Shown: positions 27,421-40,865 of the stretch, in pieces | Numbering within the stretch: the first letter of the stretch is position 1 | How the letters are laid out: each line of letters starts with the position of its first letter | Source of the DNA: Macrostomum lignano | Lineage: Eukaryota | Length of the DNA stretch: 64,000 nucleotides | Direction: 5' to 3' | Assembly: GCA_002269645.1 (NCBI GenBank) | Contig: NIVC01001296.1 | Location: 1 to 64,000 of the forward strand | Program-made: the position numbers and the translations under genes | Notes under the pieces: model-generated | The model's database searches: none | Told to the model about the DNA's origin: nothing | What the model saw: the letters and a program-made list of their open reading frames with translations, nothing else

Positions 27421-29907
27421 AATGTGAGGGTTTCACGAGAGATATTCAGACAGACATTCGAAACGATCGTCTGTAACTTTAAACAAAATTGACCCGCTTC
27501 AACCATCTTTTTGGCAAATACTTACGCAAGTGTTGGGCGTCGAATAAGCTTTAATTTATTAACTGAAGTAAAAATCCTTCTGACATACATTGATTTAAAA
27601 ATTGCTTAGCAACACTAGCTCTGATTAGAAATCGCTTTAGTGTTGACTAAAATTGTTTTGATTGTAGCAGCCTAAAAGCAGATACTGGATTTAAAAATGC
27701 TTCGATTTACTCTATACGCATGTCTCAGCTTTAAAATGACACCTCAGGCGTCGCAAAAGACAGCTTTGATGCTGAGATATTCGACACTAAACATGCATTG
27801 CTTTGCGCAATCTCACATTCAGAAATTTCACTGATTTTTTGTCGATATTTGTGCAGTTGCCGTGTCCTTGTTTTTCATCAGAAACTTGTCAAATTCTAGT
27901 CATGTCCAGTTTAAACCTGGACTTCTCTTAAACTGTCTTAAGTATTTGATTTTTAATGATTCCTGCCTTTATATTGCATAGATTGTACCTGAGTCAGTGA
28001 GTCTGTGAGTGTACATTTGTACATATGGCAACCAATCATGACTTTTTCACTGCTTTGTGGTTCAAATAAATATACGAGTGTACGAGAAACATGTTCCAAC
28101 TGTTATTGAGAGAAATTGACGTCGCGTTTATTAACAGTCAGTGGCAATTAATATGAAGCAAATAGTTTATTGTTATGTTTTTACTTTTTTTGCGTGGCAA
28201 TTCTGCTATCCAAATCGGAATGAGGTAAGCGGTGGGAATAAAATAAAAAAGAAGAATTTTTTCTACTGTTGTTGCAACCCAATAGCTATATGTACTTCAA
28301 ACTTTTTAGATTGAACTGGCGATTTCTAATGTACTGCTAAGCTTTCCAATCCCTACGGACTACAGTAGCAGTTCTTAACTTTTTTTCTGTCTTGACTTCT
28401 AGACTCGGAATTCGGAACAACCTAAGGAGCCGCATGAAAATATTTAATTGGATAAAGATATTTTCTAAAAACAGCTCAAGTCGTGACACATCTTCTTCTC
28501 ACCTCAGTCCATCAACTGCTGCTCCTTCTGAGACCAAAGCGATCGTGAAAGTAAAACAGATCAGTTTAGATCCCATGGCCATGAATACAACCATTTCAAT
28601 TGTGAACCTGCTTCGCTTACAAGTACGAGCACTAGCCTTCCATTTGATGCCATTAGCTCACTTAACTCTGAAATAGTTCAAGGACGGTTCCAAATGTTGA
28701 GATCTGACGTAGAAGCAGTCCAATTTGTGGAAATTTATCAACTGGACTCCATGAATCACTCCAATGAAAGGCGGCGAATAGCTGCAGAATGCGTAAACAA
28801 GTTTAAGTGAGTCACAAAAACCCCATTTACTGTAACTACATACACTTGTACGTTAGCAAGGCTCCATGCGATGGTTAATAAATGGAGAAGTAGACAAGCA
28901 TCTGAACAAATATTGAATAAAAATCAGTGAAGTTTCCGAATGTGAGTTTGAGCAAAGCAACGTTTAGTGTCGAATATCTCAGCATCAAAGCTGTCCTTTG
29001 CAATGCCTGAGGTGTCATTTTAAAGCTGAGACATGCGTATAGACATGACTAGAATTTGACAAGATTCTGATGAAAAACAAGGACATGGCAACTGCACAAA
29101 TATCGACAAAAAATCAGTGAAATTTCTGAATGTGAGATTGCGCAAAGCAATGCATGTTTAGTGTCGAATATCTCAGCATCAAAGCTGTCTTTTGCGACAC
29201 CTGAGGTGTCATTTTAAAGCTGAGACATGCGTATAGAGTAAATCGAAGCATTTTTAAATCCAGTATCTGCTTTTAGGCTGCTACGATCAAAACAATTTTA
29301 GTCAACAGTAAAGCGATTTCTAATCAGAGCTAGTGTTGCTAAGCAATTTTTAAATCAATGTATGTCAGAAGGATTTTTACTTCAGTTAATAAATTAAAGC
29401 TTATTCGACGCCCAACACTTGCGTAAGTATTTGCCAAAAAGATGGTTGAAGCGGGTCAATTTTGTTTGAAGTTACAGACAATCATTTTGAATGTCTGTCT
29501 GAATGGGTCTCCCTAAAACACGCCCCGCACCGCCTTGCAGCGCTACACATTAAAACAAATTGGACTATAACTAAAGACACTTCAGAATGCGTTTTCTGTT
29601 AAGCTTCAAGTTTTTATTAAATTTAGTTTTTTTACTTTGAAATATAAAATTCGGTGAACAATAAGTGATATTAATAATAATATTAATAAAATAATAATAT
29701 TATAATTAAATAATGAAAACGAGAATATAAAAAATAAAAATATTTAAAAAAATAAATAAAGATATTTATTCCATTACTATTTTAACTTTTCCTTGCAATC
29801 AAATACTGCATTGACAAAAAATGTTATAATGTGTAGCAGTTCGGGGCCCGGTGCGGGGCGTGTTTTAGGGAGCCTTTGTCTGAATATCTCTCGTGAAACC
29901 CTCACAT
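27421..29907. mobile_element. Long-TIR (foldback-like) element with ~490-bp arms
   Basis: 27442-27906 is the near-perfect reverse complement of 29042-29504. The match continues as 27421-27451 vs 29877-29907 beyond an inserted MITE. A partial extra copy of the arm lies at 28925-29041. Exact outer ends and TSD not resolved. Confidence 0.85.
29505..29876. mobile_element. 372-bp MITE with 9-bp TSD (Mutator-like), inserted in the right arm of the long-TIR element
   Basis: TGTCTGAAT duplicated at 29496-29504 and 29877-29885; 24-bp TIR core CTCCCTAAAACACGCCCCGCACCG (29509-29532 / 29849-29872); AT-rich interior. Confidence 0.8.
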
Positions 29908-32258
29908 TGCTCACATTTCAGACAACTGGGAATGTATATTTTAATATCTTACATAAGGCTATAGCTATAGGCTATATCGCCTATATGACTTAATAGGATT
30001 TAAAGAGTTATTTTGTTTCATATTTTAAGGCAGTGCATAAAAAATAGCTTAAGCATGGTTAAGCCTTTAAAGAAAAATGGTTATAAGACCGCACCTAAAC
30101 CGCACCTACTTTTTTAATTTCAGGGTGCGATTTTAAAATTTAGGGTGCATACGCACACTCTGCGCACAAAAAAAAAACCCTGAATGTGCTTGCACTATGT
30201 ATCTTAACTTATTTTGTCAAAAAAACACAATAACATACATATCTCCATTTTTACAATAATTTTGTTTGCTTAGCTTTTGACTAGTCTCTCAAGTTCTGCC
30301 AACATTTTGACTCTTGACTGGTTGACCCACCTGACTTCCCCAACTGGCATGACCCCCAGACAAAATTCTTGGCTATGCAACTGACTATATTATTATAAGC
30401 ATTAAGTATTTACATTACAAGCTAATTAATTTACAAATAAATAAATAAATTTCAAGGTAAGGCATTTAAAGAACTATGCTTATAAAACATGTAAGATCAA
30501 AGACTACAAAGTGGTAATCAACAACTTTGCTGATGTCATAATTTGTAGCTTGGCCTCAAGTAGCAAAAAAGAAGGGGTCCTAATATTGCAAAACCCCATG
30601 CTCTCAGTCACCCTTGTAATAGAGGCAAGCAATGTTGTTTAGTAGGCTTAACATAGTATCTTTAACTATGTTAGCAAAATATCATGCCAATTTTTTTGTG
30701 CCAAATTGTGCCAAATTTTTTTCCTGCATTGCACTGTGTCAATTTTCCTCCCCCCTGTCTGCTGTTGCACTGGAATGCACTAATGTGGTGCATGTCCAAC
30801 CTCCTTTTGCAATGGAATTTTCCATAAAAAAAGGCCATCTTCTTGACTTTGGAAGGGGGCAGATTCTGAAGGGTAAAGTCCCAGGAGAGGGGCAGAGGGG
30901 TGTCTCTGTTTTTGGCAAAAATTTGCTTGGTCCCCCTCTTTCATTTTTTGGGTCTCTGCCTAAGGGGGGGGGGTAACTGCCCTCCTCCCCGCCCCCCCCC
31001 TTGGTTGCACCACTGATAGGGCCTAGCTTTAATGATATTTATAATGTGTATTGACTGTTTTTTGTTAGTTAATGTAGTGACCTTTACAAAAGTTTGATAC
31101 AGTAGGGTGAGTAGGCCTAAATACCCTATACTATAATATATTATATAGTATACCTAATCCTAATACCCAATAATAATTGGGTTTCAATGGGGGTAATTGT
31201 CCCCCTTTTACCTTATCAGAGACCTAAAAATGAGAGGGGGATCAAGCACATTTTTGCCAAAGTACAAAGCCATACTTTCTATCTCCCTTTTGGGTCTTTA
31301 CTTTGTAAAAGTCACCCTTCAACAATTTTTTTTGTATTAGGCCCCAATAAAATGTTGTTCTGCCTTCTAAAAGATTTATGAGGTAGCTAACAAAAAGCAA
31401 ATCAGTTTTTTTGCCAACTAGGCCCTAATAGGGTTGGAAAAAAGCTAGACTTAGCCATGATTAGTCATTAAATTAAATTCAATCTATTTCAAATCAAAAC
31501 CACAAGAACAATTAATAGAAAGGTATTTTAATATTCAAAAAATATATGCTTTGTTGCTTGCATGTCAATATCTTTCCCCCTTTCTTTTTGTCCCTATGCA
31601 TTCCCCCTTTATCCCTCTCATTAGTAAGTACTTTAAGTTATTGTTATCAACTTGCAATTCTATTACATGTGAATATGAATAACTTATGCCACATGTTATT
31701 TTGTATGTTATTCCACATATCATTCTGCACATTGTTAAGCATGCTATTCCATAAGTTATTCCACACATTATTTTGCATGTTACAAAGCATTTTTCTACAA
31801 TGTACATGTTCTCTATAAAATTTACAAGTAATTTTTCAATTTTTGGTACATTTTAAATGTAAAGCAAAAGACCACATGTACATGAGCTTGTTGTTATATT
31901 TTCCTGGATTGCAAGTATATACCATTTGTAAAATTATAATTGACTGCAACAAAGTACTGTAGTTGCAGAGTTGTAAGTTGAGTTATGGAGTTGCATGCAT
32001 AGAGGCGAGGTTGTAGAAAGGAAAGGGAAATATTTTTAAAAATTAGATGTGCCAAATAAAGTATAGAATAACATGCAGACTTGATTTACTGACTTAGCTG
32101 CAGGGCTGTACCAAAGGGGACACAGCGAGAAGGTGCAGGCACCCATTCCACTAATCCCTGAATGGTCAACACATCGCTATGGATGGAGAATAACATGTGG
32201 AATAATATGCAGAATAATAACATGTGGAATAACATGCGTAATAATGTGTGGCGTATGT

Positions 32259-32525
32259 CCCTATTGCAGCCAAGGTCTGAACCGCGCCGGACGCCCCCCT
32301 TTCCCGCGCCAGACATCTACCCGTACTGCGCCAGGGCCAGTCCCCAGGATCAGTGATTTGGTTCAATTAGTCAGTCAATGGCTCGCCGCGCGCTGCGCGC
32401 CGCCGCCACACACCACGCCACCGCGCGCCGCCGCCATGCGCCGCGCCGCCGCCGCGCGCCGCGCCGCCACCAGTCCAATCCGCGCCGGACGCCGTCCACG
32501 AAAATGGCCATTGGCTGCAATAGGG
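32259..32525. mobile_element. 267-bp GC-rich MITE with 8-bp TSD
   Basis: TIR CCCTATTGCAGCCAA at both ends; GCGTATGT duplicated at 32251-32258 and 32526-32533. Confidence 0.85.
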
Positions 32526-34021
32526 GCGTATGTTACACTCCTTTCTATTACTTTAATAGGCCTATATAGTTAAAAATTAATATAAAGTATTAGCACTGAC
32601 ATACTTGAGAGCTTTATTACTCTTGTGTTATCTAGCATTTGTCAAGTCTTGCTATTAGCACTTATACTATCTTTTTATTTATTAAAGAGATTTGTATTCA
32701 TTAAGCTTTTATCATTTTATAATTGGCAGCAATCTTATTTGAATTTCTCAATTTTATATTGAACTCTGTATCTGTCAATTCTATGCCTAGTTTAAAAAAT
32801 TTAAATATAGGGCCTAAGACTAGACTAGCTGCGTGAACTTTTCTTTTGTTAGTAGATGGGTACTAATACTACAATCTCTTTTTGAAAAAGACATTAGGAG
32901 CAAGCTTGACTTGGTCAGTTGATATAAGTTTGGTTTGACATAGTTGCAAAAGTTTGTTTCACAACTTCTTGAATACTTAAGACTAGTTTATTTACTAAGT
33001 AAATGAATTATTATTAATTAAAATTAATTTAAAACTTACAAATTTACCAAATATTCGATTGAAAAGCTAGACAGTTTGTCATCAGCTAATAATGAAGTAA
33101 AAAATAGGCCCACCCTAAGGAATAAGCATTGTTTTGAATTTGATTTATTTTTATGTTTTTATGTTCAGTAAAAGATTTAAATCAATTTTTATTTTAATAA
33201 TTCATTTTTTGGCATTAAAATTGATTGTATTTATTTAAAATTTTATAAAGATATAAATGCAATAGATAGTGATCAAAACTTAAGTGAAATTTATGACTTT
33301 TATTGACATTTTTAAATAAATGGTTCATTGATGGCATAGTGACTAGAAAGCCAAAGCACTATGCCTTTCTTTGGTCTAACTCTGCTTTTTTCCACTAAAT
33401 TTCTAGTTGCATAGTTGTACTACTATATTCATTTTTATCATAGACCCAGAATACACTATGCAGGCATTATAGCACTAATAGTAGTATGTGTAGCTTATAT
33501 CAATAGGCTATTCAATTGATAGGTTATAGGTTATAACAATATCATCAATAGGTTATAACAATAGTTATTCAGTTTTATATGCTTTGTTATTCTATTTCAA
33601 TGTGGTACCCCTCTAAAAATTTACTTTATTATGTCCAGACAGGAGAAATTTAGACAGAAAATATAAGCTAGCCTTTCTCTGCCTTTGGGTATTGCTCCTT
33701 ACCTTCTTAATAAAATTTAGGTATTATGGCTAAGCAAAGTATTAAAAAAACATACTATCAAAGCAAATACTTCTAAATAAATTAGCATATGAAATTCAAT
33801 GTAAAGCAGCTCATTATACTACCAATGATGTTGGGAAAAAATTGATATTCACATAATTTTGTTCATTTTCAATTACATTTAGGTAGCAGACTCTTAATAG
33901 AAGAACACAGGTGTGGATGTGTGCACAGTTATTTGTTAAAATCTAGTTTAATTTAGGAAATTACTACGTGGATCGGTTGAACTGGGAGTCAAAATGAAGG
34001 CCACGCACTCAGCTTGCAGCC

Positions 34022-37000
34022 ATGGCCTCTACTAGCACCGCGGGCAGTCCAATCAAAGAATCTTTCCCGCTGCACGCCGCCGTCTGGAACAACGACGCCG
34101 ACTGGTTGAAACGCCAGCTGGCAGAGCTCAACACTGATGCGTCATCGTCTGAGGCGGTCACGGCCAAACTCGAGCTCAAAGACCCTCGGCACCGGACAGC
34201 GCTGCAGCTGGCTGTAGTCCTTTGCCGGGTAGACTGCGCCAAACTTCTGCTGGACGCCGGCGCCAGCACTCAGGCCAACGACGGCATCTGGGACGTGCTG
34301 GACGAGGCAATCAGCCGATCCGATGTGGAGCTGACATCCTCTGTCCTTAGCTACAGGATTCTGCAGATGCAGCGCCACTTCAACGCCGACACCAGACGCC
34401 TGTTGCAGCAACTGAACGAATCGCCTGATTTCTACGTTGAACTCAAATGGGATTTCTCGTCTTGGATACCTTTGATTAGTCGCTATTGCCCCAACGACAG
34501 TTGCCGGGTGTACAAATCTGGCTCGCTTGTCCGAGTGGACTCCACCCTGATTGGCATGGACGGCACCACGGCTGTGCGGGGCAATCTGTCGTATATATTC
34601 CGCTTGTCCGAGAGCGGACTCCGGCTGGACATTGTTAATCACGATAAGCGCACCGTCATACAGGAGACTCTGTCCGATCTGACTGGGTCGGCGGCTGGCG
34701 GCGAGGGATTGGCGGAATCGAGACAGCCGGAGGTGGCGCTGCTGGGTCAGGTGAGTAATACATGTAATTCTGGCTATTAATATCAATATTATGATGCTAG
34801 TGTGTTGCTCAGGCTTGGCAAGAAAATACTAGATTTCGCTTCGATTATTAGCCATGTTGTCATTCCTAATCATCGATGAGCCAGGTGATAGTTGATCAGG
34901 TAATATTTGGATCCCGCTGACTAGCCAGGTTATAATTAAATCGTACTGATAAGCCATGTGATAATTAGATGCCGCTTATAAGTCAGATGATAATTAGATG
35001 CTACTGATAAGCCAGGTAAAAATTAGATGCCGCTGATAAGCCAGGTAAAAATTAGATGCCGCTGATAAGTCAGGTGATAATTAGATGCTATTGATAAGTC
35101 AGGTGATAATTAGATGCCGCTGATAAGTCAGGTGATAATTAGATGCTATTGATAAGTCAGGTGATAATTAGATGCTACTGATAAGTCAGGTGATAATTAG
35201 ATGCTATTGATAAGTCAGGTGATAATTAGATGCCGCTGATAAGTCAGGTGATAATCAGGTTCTACTGATAAGCCAGGTGATAATTAGATGCTACTGATTA
35301 GCCAGGTGATAATTAGATGCTACTGATAAGCCAGGTGATAATTACATGCTACTGATAAGCCAGGTGATAGTTAGATGCCACTGATAAGTCAGGTGATAAT
35401 TAGATGCCACTGATAAGTCAGGTGATAATTAGATGCTACTGATAAACCAGGTGATAATTTGATGCTACTGATAAACCAGGTGATAATTAGATGCCACTGA
35501 TAAGTCAGGTGATAATTAGATGCTACTGATAAGTCAGGTGTTAATTAAATGCTACTGATAAACCAGGTGATAATTAGATGCCACTCTCACCTGTGCCACT
35601 ATTCGGACAGGTCGAATACCTGCTGAGCCGGCCAGTCCGCGGCACCCGAGTGCTATTAGAAAACGTTGTTTTCGAGCGCAGCAAGTCCGGCATCCTCGGC
35701 TGGAAAGGCGAGCGCACGGAGACAGTGGCCGGTCGCGAATGCAAAGTATTCAGCGCTTCCGGCGTTCGAGTTCTCAATTTCCGGCGCACGGATCACCTGA
35801 CCGCCGAGCAGAAGGCGGAGCTGCAGAGCTCGGCTAACCCGTTAGCCAGTCTGGTGCAGAGCGAGCGCCGGCTCGAGTACGTGCCCGGTGCCGTCTCCGC
35901 CCAGGAGTACTTCAACCGGCAGCTGAGCCTAGCCGGCCGCGACGTCGGGGTGCCGCGCGACATCTCGCTGCGCGAGCACAGCTTCACAGCCAAGCTGTGG
36001 ATGTGCGACAGCTTCCCGCTCAATCTGCAAGACCAGGTTAGGTGCTTGTGTTGCCGAATTTTATTAACCAATTGTTTTAACTGTCCGCAGTTATGGCGGG
36101 GGCCATCGAGTGTGCGGTTGAGCACAAATGTCAAGTCAATTTTCACAGTCCCCAGTTATTGGTGATGGGATATATTAATACTTTTTTATAAACGTGTCAC
36201 CTGTCTCCCCTCCCCCCTCAGGTGCTGCCAGTGCTGGACCTGATGGCCAATAAATCGGCTCATTTTTCGCAGTTGCGCGAATTCGTCACCCTCCAACTGC
36301 CGGCCGGCTTCCCCCTGCGCGTTGAAATCCCGCTGCACACTCTGCTACAGGCCAACGTGTCCTTCTGTAACCTGTTCGCCGCTGATAGCCCCGCCGAGCA
36401 CGTCAGCTGCCTGCGCGATGTGGTCCAGGTGATGGCCCGACTGTACTAGCATCCACATTGGCTAGATTAGCAATCCATCCTCTACCTGCATCCACATTGG
36501 CTAGATTAGCAATCCATTCTCTACCTGCATCCATGTTGGCTAGATTAGCAATCCTTCTTTACCTGCATCCACATTGGCTAGATTAGCAATCCACGAACTA
36601 GATTAGCAGTCCATGAACTAGGTTAGCAATCCACGAACTAGATTAGCAATCCACGAACTAGGTTAGCAATCCACGAACTAGATTAGCAATCCACGAACTA
36701 GGTTAGCAATCCACGAACTAGGTTAGCAATCCATGAACTAGGTTAGCCATCCACGAACTAGGTTAGCAACCAACTAACTAGATTAGCAATCCACGAACTA
36801 GATTAGTTATCCATGAACTAGATTAGCAGTCCATGAAATAGGTTAGCAATCCACTAACTAGATTAGCAATCCACGAACTAGATTAGTTATCCATGAACTA
36901 GGTTAGCAATCCACGAACTAGGTTAGCAACCCACTAACTAGATTAGCAATCCACGAACTAGATTAGCCATCCAAGAACTAGGTTAGCAATCCACGAACTA

Positions 37001-38112
37001 GGTTAGCCTTCCACGAAATAGATTAGCAATCCACGAACTAGATTAGCCTTCCACGAAAAAGATTAGTTATCCATGAACTAGATTAGCAGTCCATGAACTA
37101 GGTTAGCAATCCACTAACTAGATTAGCAATCCACGAACTAGATTAGTTATCCATGAACTAGATTAGCAGTCCATAAAATATGTTAGCAATCCACTAACTA
37201 GATTAGCAATCCACGAACTAGGTTAGCAACCCACTAACTAGATTAGCAATCCACGAACTAGATTAGCCATCCAAGAACTAGGTTAGCAATCCACGAACTA
37301 GGTTAGCAACCCACTAACTAGATTAGCAACCCACTAACTAGATTAGCAACCCACTAACTAGATTAGCAGTCCACGAACTAGGTTAGCAATCCACGAACTA
37401 GGTTAGCAATTCGCGAACTAGGTTAGCAATCCACGAACTAGGTTAGCAATTCGCGAACTAGATTAGTTATCCATGAACTAGATTAGCAGTCCATGAACTA
37501 GGTTATCAATCCATCAGCAACACAATAGTTTATTGCTGTTCGACCCTCGCCTCTCAGGAGGAATCCCGCGGCCCAGACCATGTATACTGCGCTGTAGACG
37601 AGCGCGCATTTGCCATCCCTGGCGGCTACCGCCTGCTGTCAAATCGTCGCCCCAGATTCTCTCCGATGGGCCGAGAGGAGGATTATTACGCAAGCACAAT
37701 GGCCGCCTCATCTGGCGGCGGCAGCGAGTTTGAGCAGCAGTTCACGGAGGAGCAGGACCTGCTGCAGATGGCGCTGGCCCAGTCGGATCTGCAGAAGGCT
37801 ATCGAAGATTCTCTGCTATCGGCGGCTATTGAAGGCGGCGGCGGGGAGGCTGCCGAGGCTGCCGAGGAAGGCAGCAGCGCGGAGGACAGCAGCGGCCGGC
37901 AGCAACAGCAGCAACAGCAACTGACTGCGTATGAGTTGCTTCGCGAGCAGTCGCAGCCGCAGCCGCCGCAGCCGCAGCCAGCCGAAGTCGATCCAGAGTT
38001 AGCCGAGGCCGTCCGACTCAGCGAGCAGGCGGAAGCCGAACGTCGGCGTCTTGTCGAAGACGAAGAAGAGCAGCTGCGGCGAGTGTTGGAGCTGTCGCAG
38101 ACAGAGAAGTGA
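34022..38112 (+). CDS. ANKRD13: Ankyrin repeat domain-containing protein 13 (UIM-bearing), 4 exons, 638 aa
   Basis: Exons 34022-34750, 35611-36036, 36222-36428, 37558-38112. FPLHAAVWNND, RTALQLAV, PDFYVELKWDFSSWIPLISRYCPND, QLPAGFPLRVEIPL, and terminal UIM EEEQLRRVLELSQTEK match the ANKRD13A/B/D pattern. Confidence 0.93.
34870..35583. repeat. 29-bp minisatellite (TGATAAGTCAGGTGATAATTAGATGCTAC)n filling ANKRD13 intron 1
   Basis: Direct reading. Confidence 0.95.
36448..37512. repeat. Compound array in ANKRD13 intron 3: ~4 copies of a 39-bp unit, then a 20-bp unit (CTAGATTAGCAATCCACGAA)n derived from it
   Basis: Period 39 (36451 vs 36490); 20-bp period from ~36575. Confidence 0.93.
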
Positions 38113-38447
38113 CAGTAGTTCGAAGTTGCACCTGTTTTTCTAATTTGTGTGTTTCCATACCTGTTCTGATCATCACTGCGTCATTAATTGGCTCTGTGTT
38201 GTTGAACAGCTTGCCATCCAATGCCTTTGTTTATATAGTTACTGCTCAGCCGCTACCATCTGCTCACAACTTTGAGCTTGCTGAGTTTTGTTGTGTCGCG
38301 ATTGTTTCAAGTTTAATCATCAGTGCATATATAAAATTACAAATGATTCTTTATTTTATATTCAGATTTTGCACGCAAATATGGGGGGTGATTATCAATC
38401 TAATAAGTATTGCTGATCTTAAATATATTTAAGATCTTAAAAAATAT

Positions 38448-39112
<665 letters not shown>

Positions 39113-39419
39113 GATAGGATAGATGTGTATTTAGATTTATTGATTAGTAAATTAGCTACTGGCAAGTGCGAACCCGGAAATTACCAGACATTATAACAAC
39201 GGTGAAGTAATTATTAATGTTTTAAAGTAAAAACTACTTAGATAATAAATGGTTACTCTTAAGAAATGTAGTAATATTTGGTTATCACTTTTATAACGAG
39301 TATTTACGAGTACTGTATTATTTTAGGCATTTGTTTTTACCGAAATTACCCTCAGAAGACCCTATGGCCTCTTTCTTACCTAGGAAACATTTTCTTCAAT
39401 TAATGAGCTTGATTGGCCA

Positions 39420-40865
39420 CGCATCACATTTGCGTGTACGCTACTTTCAGTTCAGTAGCAAGTTTTAAATAGAAGCATTTTAATGTATTTTAGGCACCCC
39501 CAGCTAAACCCCTCCGACCGCGTCTTTCCACCCCAAACTTCTACCCCCTCCCCAACCCCAATTTTTTATTGCCTTCCTTTCCCCGGTGTTTCAGCCTAAA
39601 CCGCCTGCCATGTACATTCTTATTAGCGCTGGGCTAATGTACATTACGACTGCACCAATAGCAATAAGCTGTTCATGTCTGCAAACTGCCTTACTTTTTA
39701 TAAAATAGCTTATGTATTCCTTCTTGCTACTGAACTGAAAGTAGAGGAACGGTTTTACCAATCAAATATGTCGAAGTGGCCCATTTACATGTAAGTTATA
39801 TTATAGTACCAGAGCTTTGCAGTCTATTCGATATAATTAATTCTAATTATATTGCGCTAATTTATGCCCGCGTAAGAGTTAATTTGTTGGTTAATTAGAT
39901 TTGTTAGATCATCATAATGATAGCTAGCTGAATTTAATACACATCTGTCAATATTATTATATTGTGTTGTCGCACTGTGTCTTCTGTTGCCTGTCGCCTG
40001 TTCTTTCATGTAAGCTATTTTGGCTATTATATATATTGGTTAAGTTTTATATAGAATCAATAACGCTTGCTAGTCTCTGTCTGTGTCTGTTTTGTTGTTG
40101 TAAAATTCTTTAACGCCACGTCACGCGCCACGGTAACAATCGCGCTGTAATGGTTAATTACTCGTAAATCGCCTATAAAGGTTACGTAAAGTGTTCTGTG
40201 TCTTGAAACTCACCATTTGCTATTTTGTTCCGAAAAGCCGCTATCCACACTTTCACAAATTCGTCTTAGGCGTAATTTTATCCTGAGCTAAAAATTATAA
40301 TTAATTAACTGTTTTGAATAAATGTATTCACCACTATGCTATAAGCAATGAAGAAAAGTCTTTTTAGTTTTTATTCTTTTTCTGTTGTTCAAATAGCGAG
40401 TTCCATTGGCAAGGATTCGATGTTTCAGTGTTTAAGATCTCGGTTTAACACATTTTCTTGTGTCCTCTTTTTTTCAAACTCCACACAGATATAAACACTC
40501 GATGGACTATTTAGGCATATCCTGCTTCGTAAAACTGTTTCTCTACTTTCAGTTCAGTAGCAAAGAAGAATGCGTAAGCTATTTCATAAAAAGAAAGTCA
40601 ATTAGAAGTGACTTGCAGACGTAAACAGCTTACTGCTATTGGTGCAGCCGTAATGTACATTAGCTCAGCGCCACTGAAATGTACATGGCAAGGCAGCTTT
40701 AGGCTGGAACACTGGGTAATAAAAATTAGGCGCGTGGTGGGGGTGGGGGTTTGGTGTGGAAAGACGCGGTCGGAGGGGTTCAGCTGGGGCTAACCAAAAT
40801 ACATTAAAATGTTTCTATTTAATTTACTACTGAACAGACAGTAGCTTACACGCGAATGTGTTAGG
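39420..40865. mobile_element. Diverged long inverted-repeat pair upstream of CBS (old TIR element or two opposed MITE copies)
   Basis: 39420-39790 matches the reverse complement of 40500-40865 with many mismatches. The left arm has its own 22-bp inverted repeat CTACTTTCAGTTCAGTAGCAAG (39441-39462 / 39723-39744). Confidence 0.6.

Larger units (their letters stand above)
27314..30182. mobile_element. Non-autonomous hAT-like element (outer layer of a nest)
   Basis: Ends CTGGGTTTTTTTTT / AAAAAAAAAACCCTG; 8-bp direct repeat AATGTGCT at 27306-27313 and 30183-30190; subterminal GGTGCG/CGCACC motifs at both ends. Confidence 0.75.

Noticed and set aside
28392-28676. 94-aa ORF inside the long-TIR element as a transposase fragment
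   Set aside because: No catalytic or DNA-binding motif recognised; surrounded by stops.
31670-32250. Degenerate inverted ATAACATGTGGAATA-type repeats on either side of a 400-bp spacer
   Set aside because: Too decayed to define ends or a TSD.
34142-34786. Long antisense ORFs over GC-rich coding regions (also 20688-21215, 16956-17393, 63227-63838)
   Set aside because: Shadow frames of ANKRD13, ETFB, NSA2 and gag-pol.
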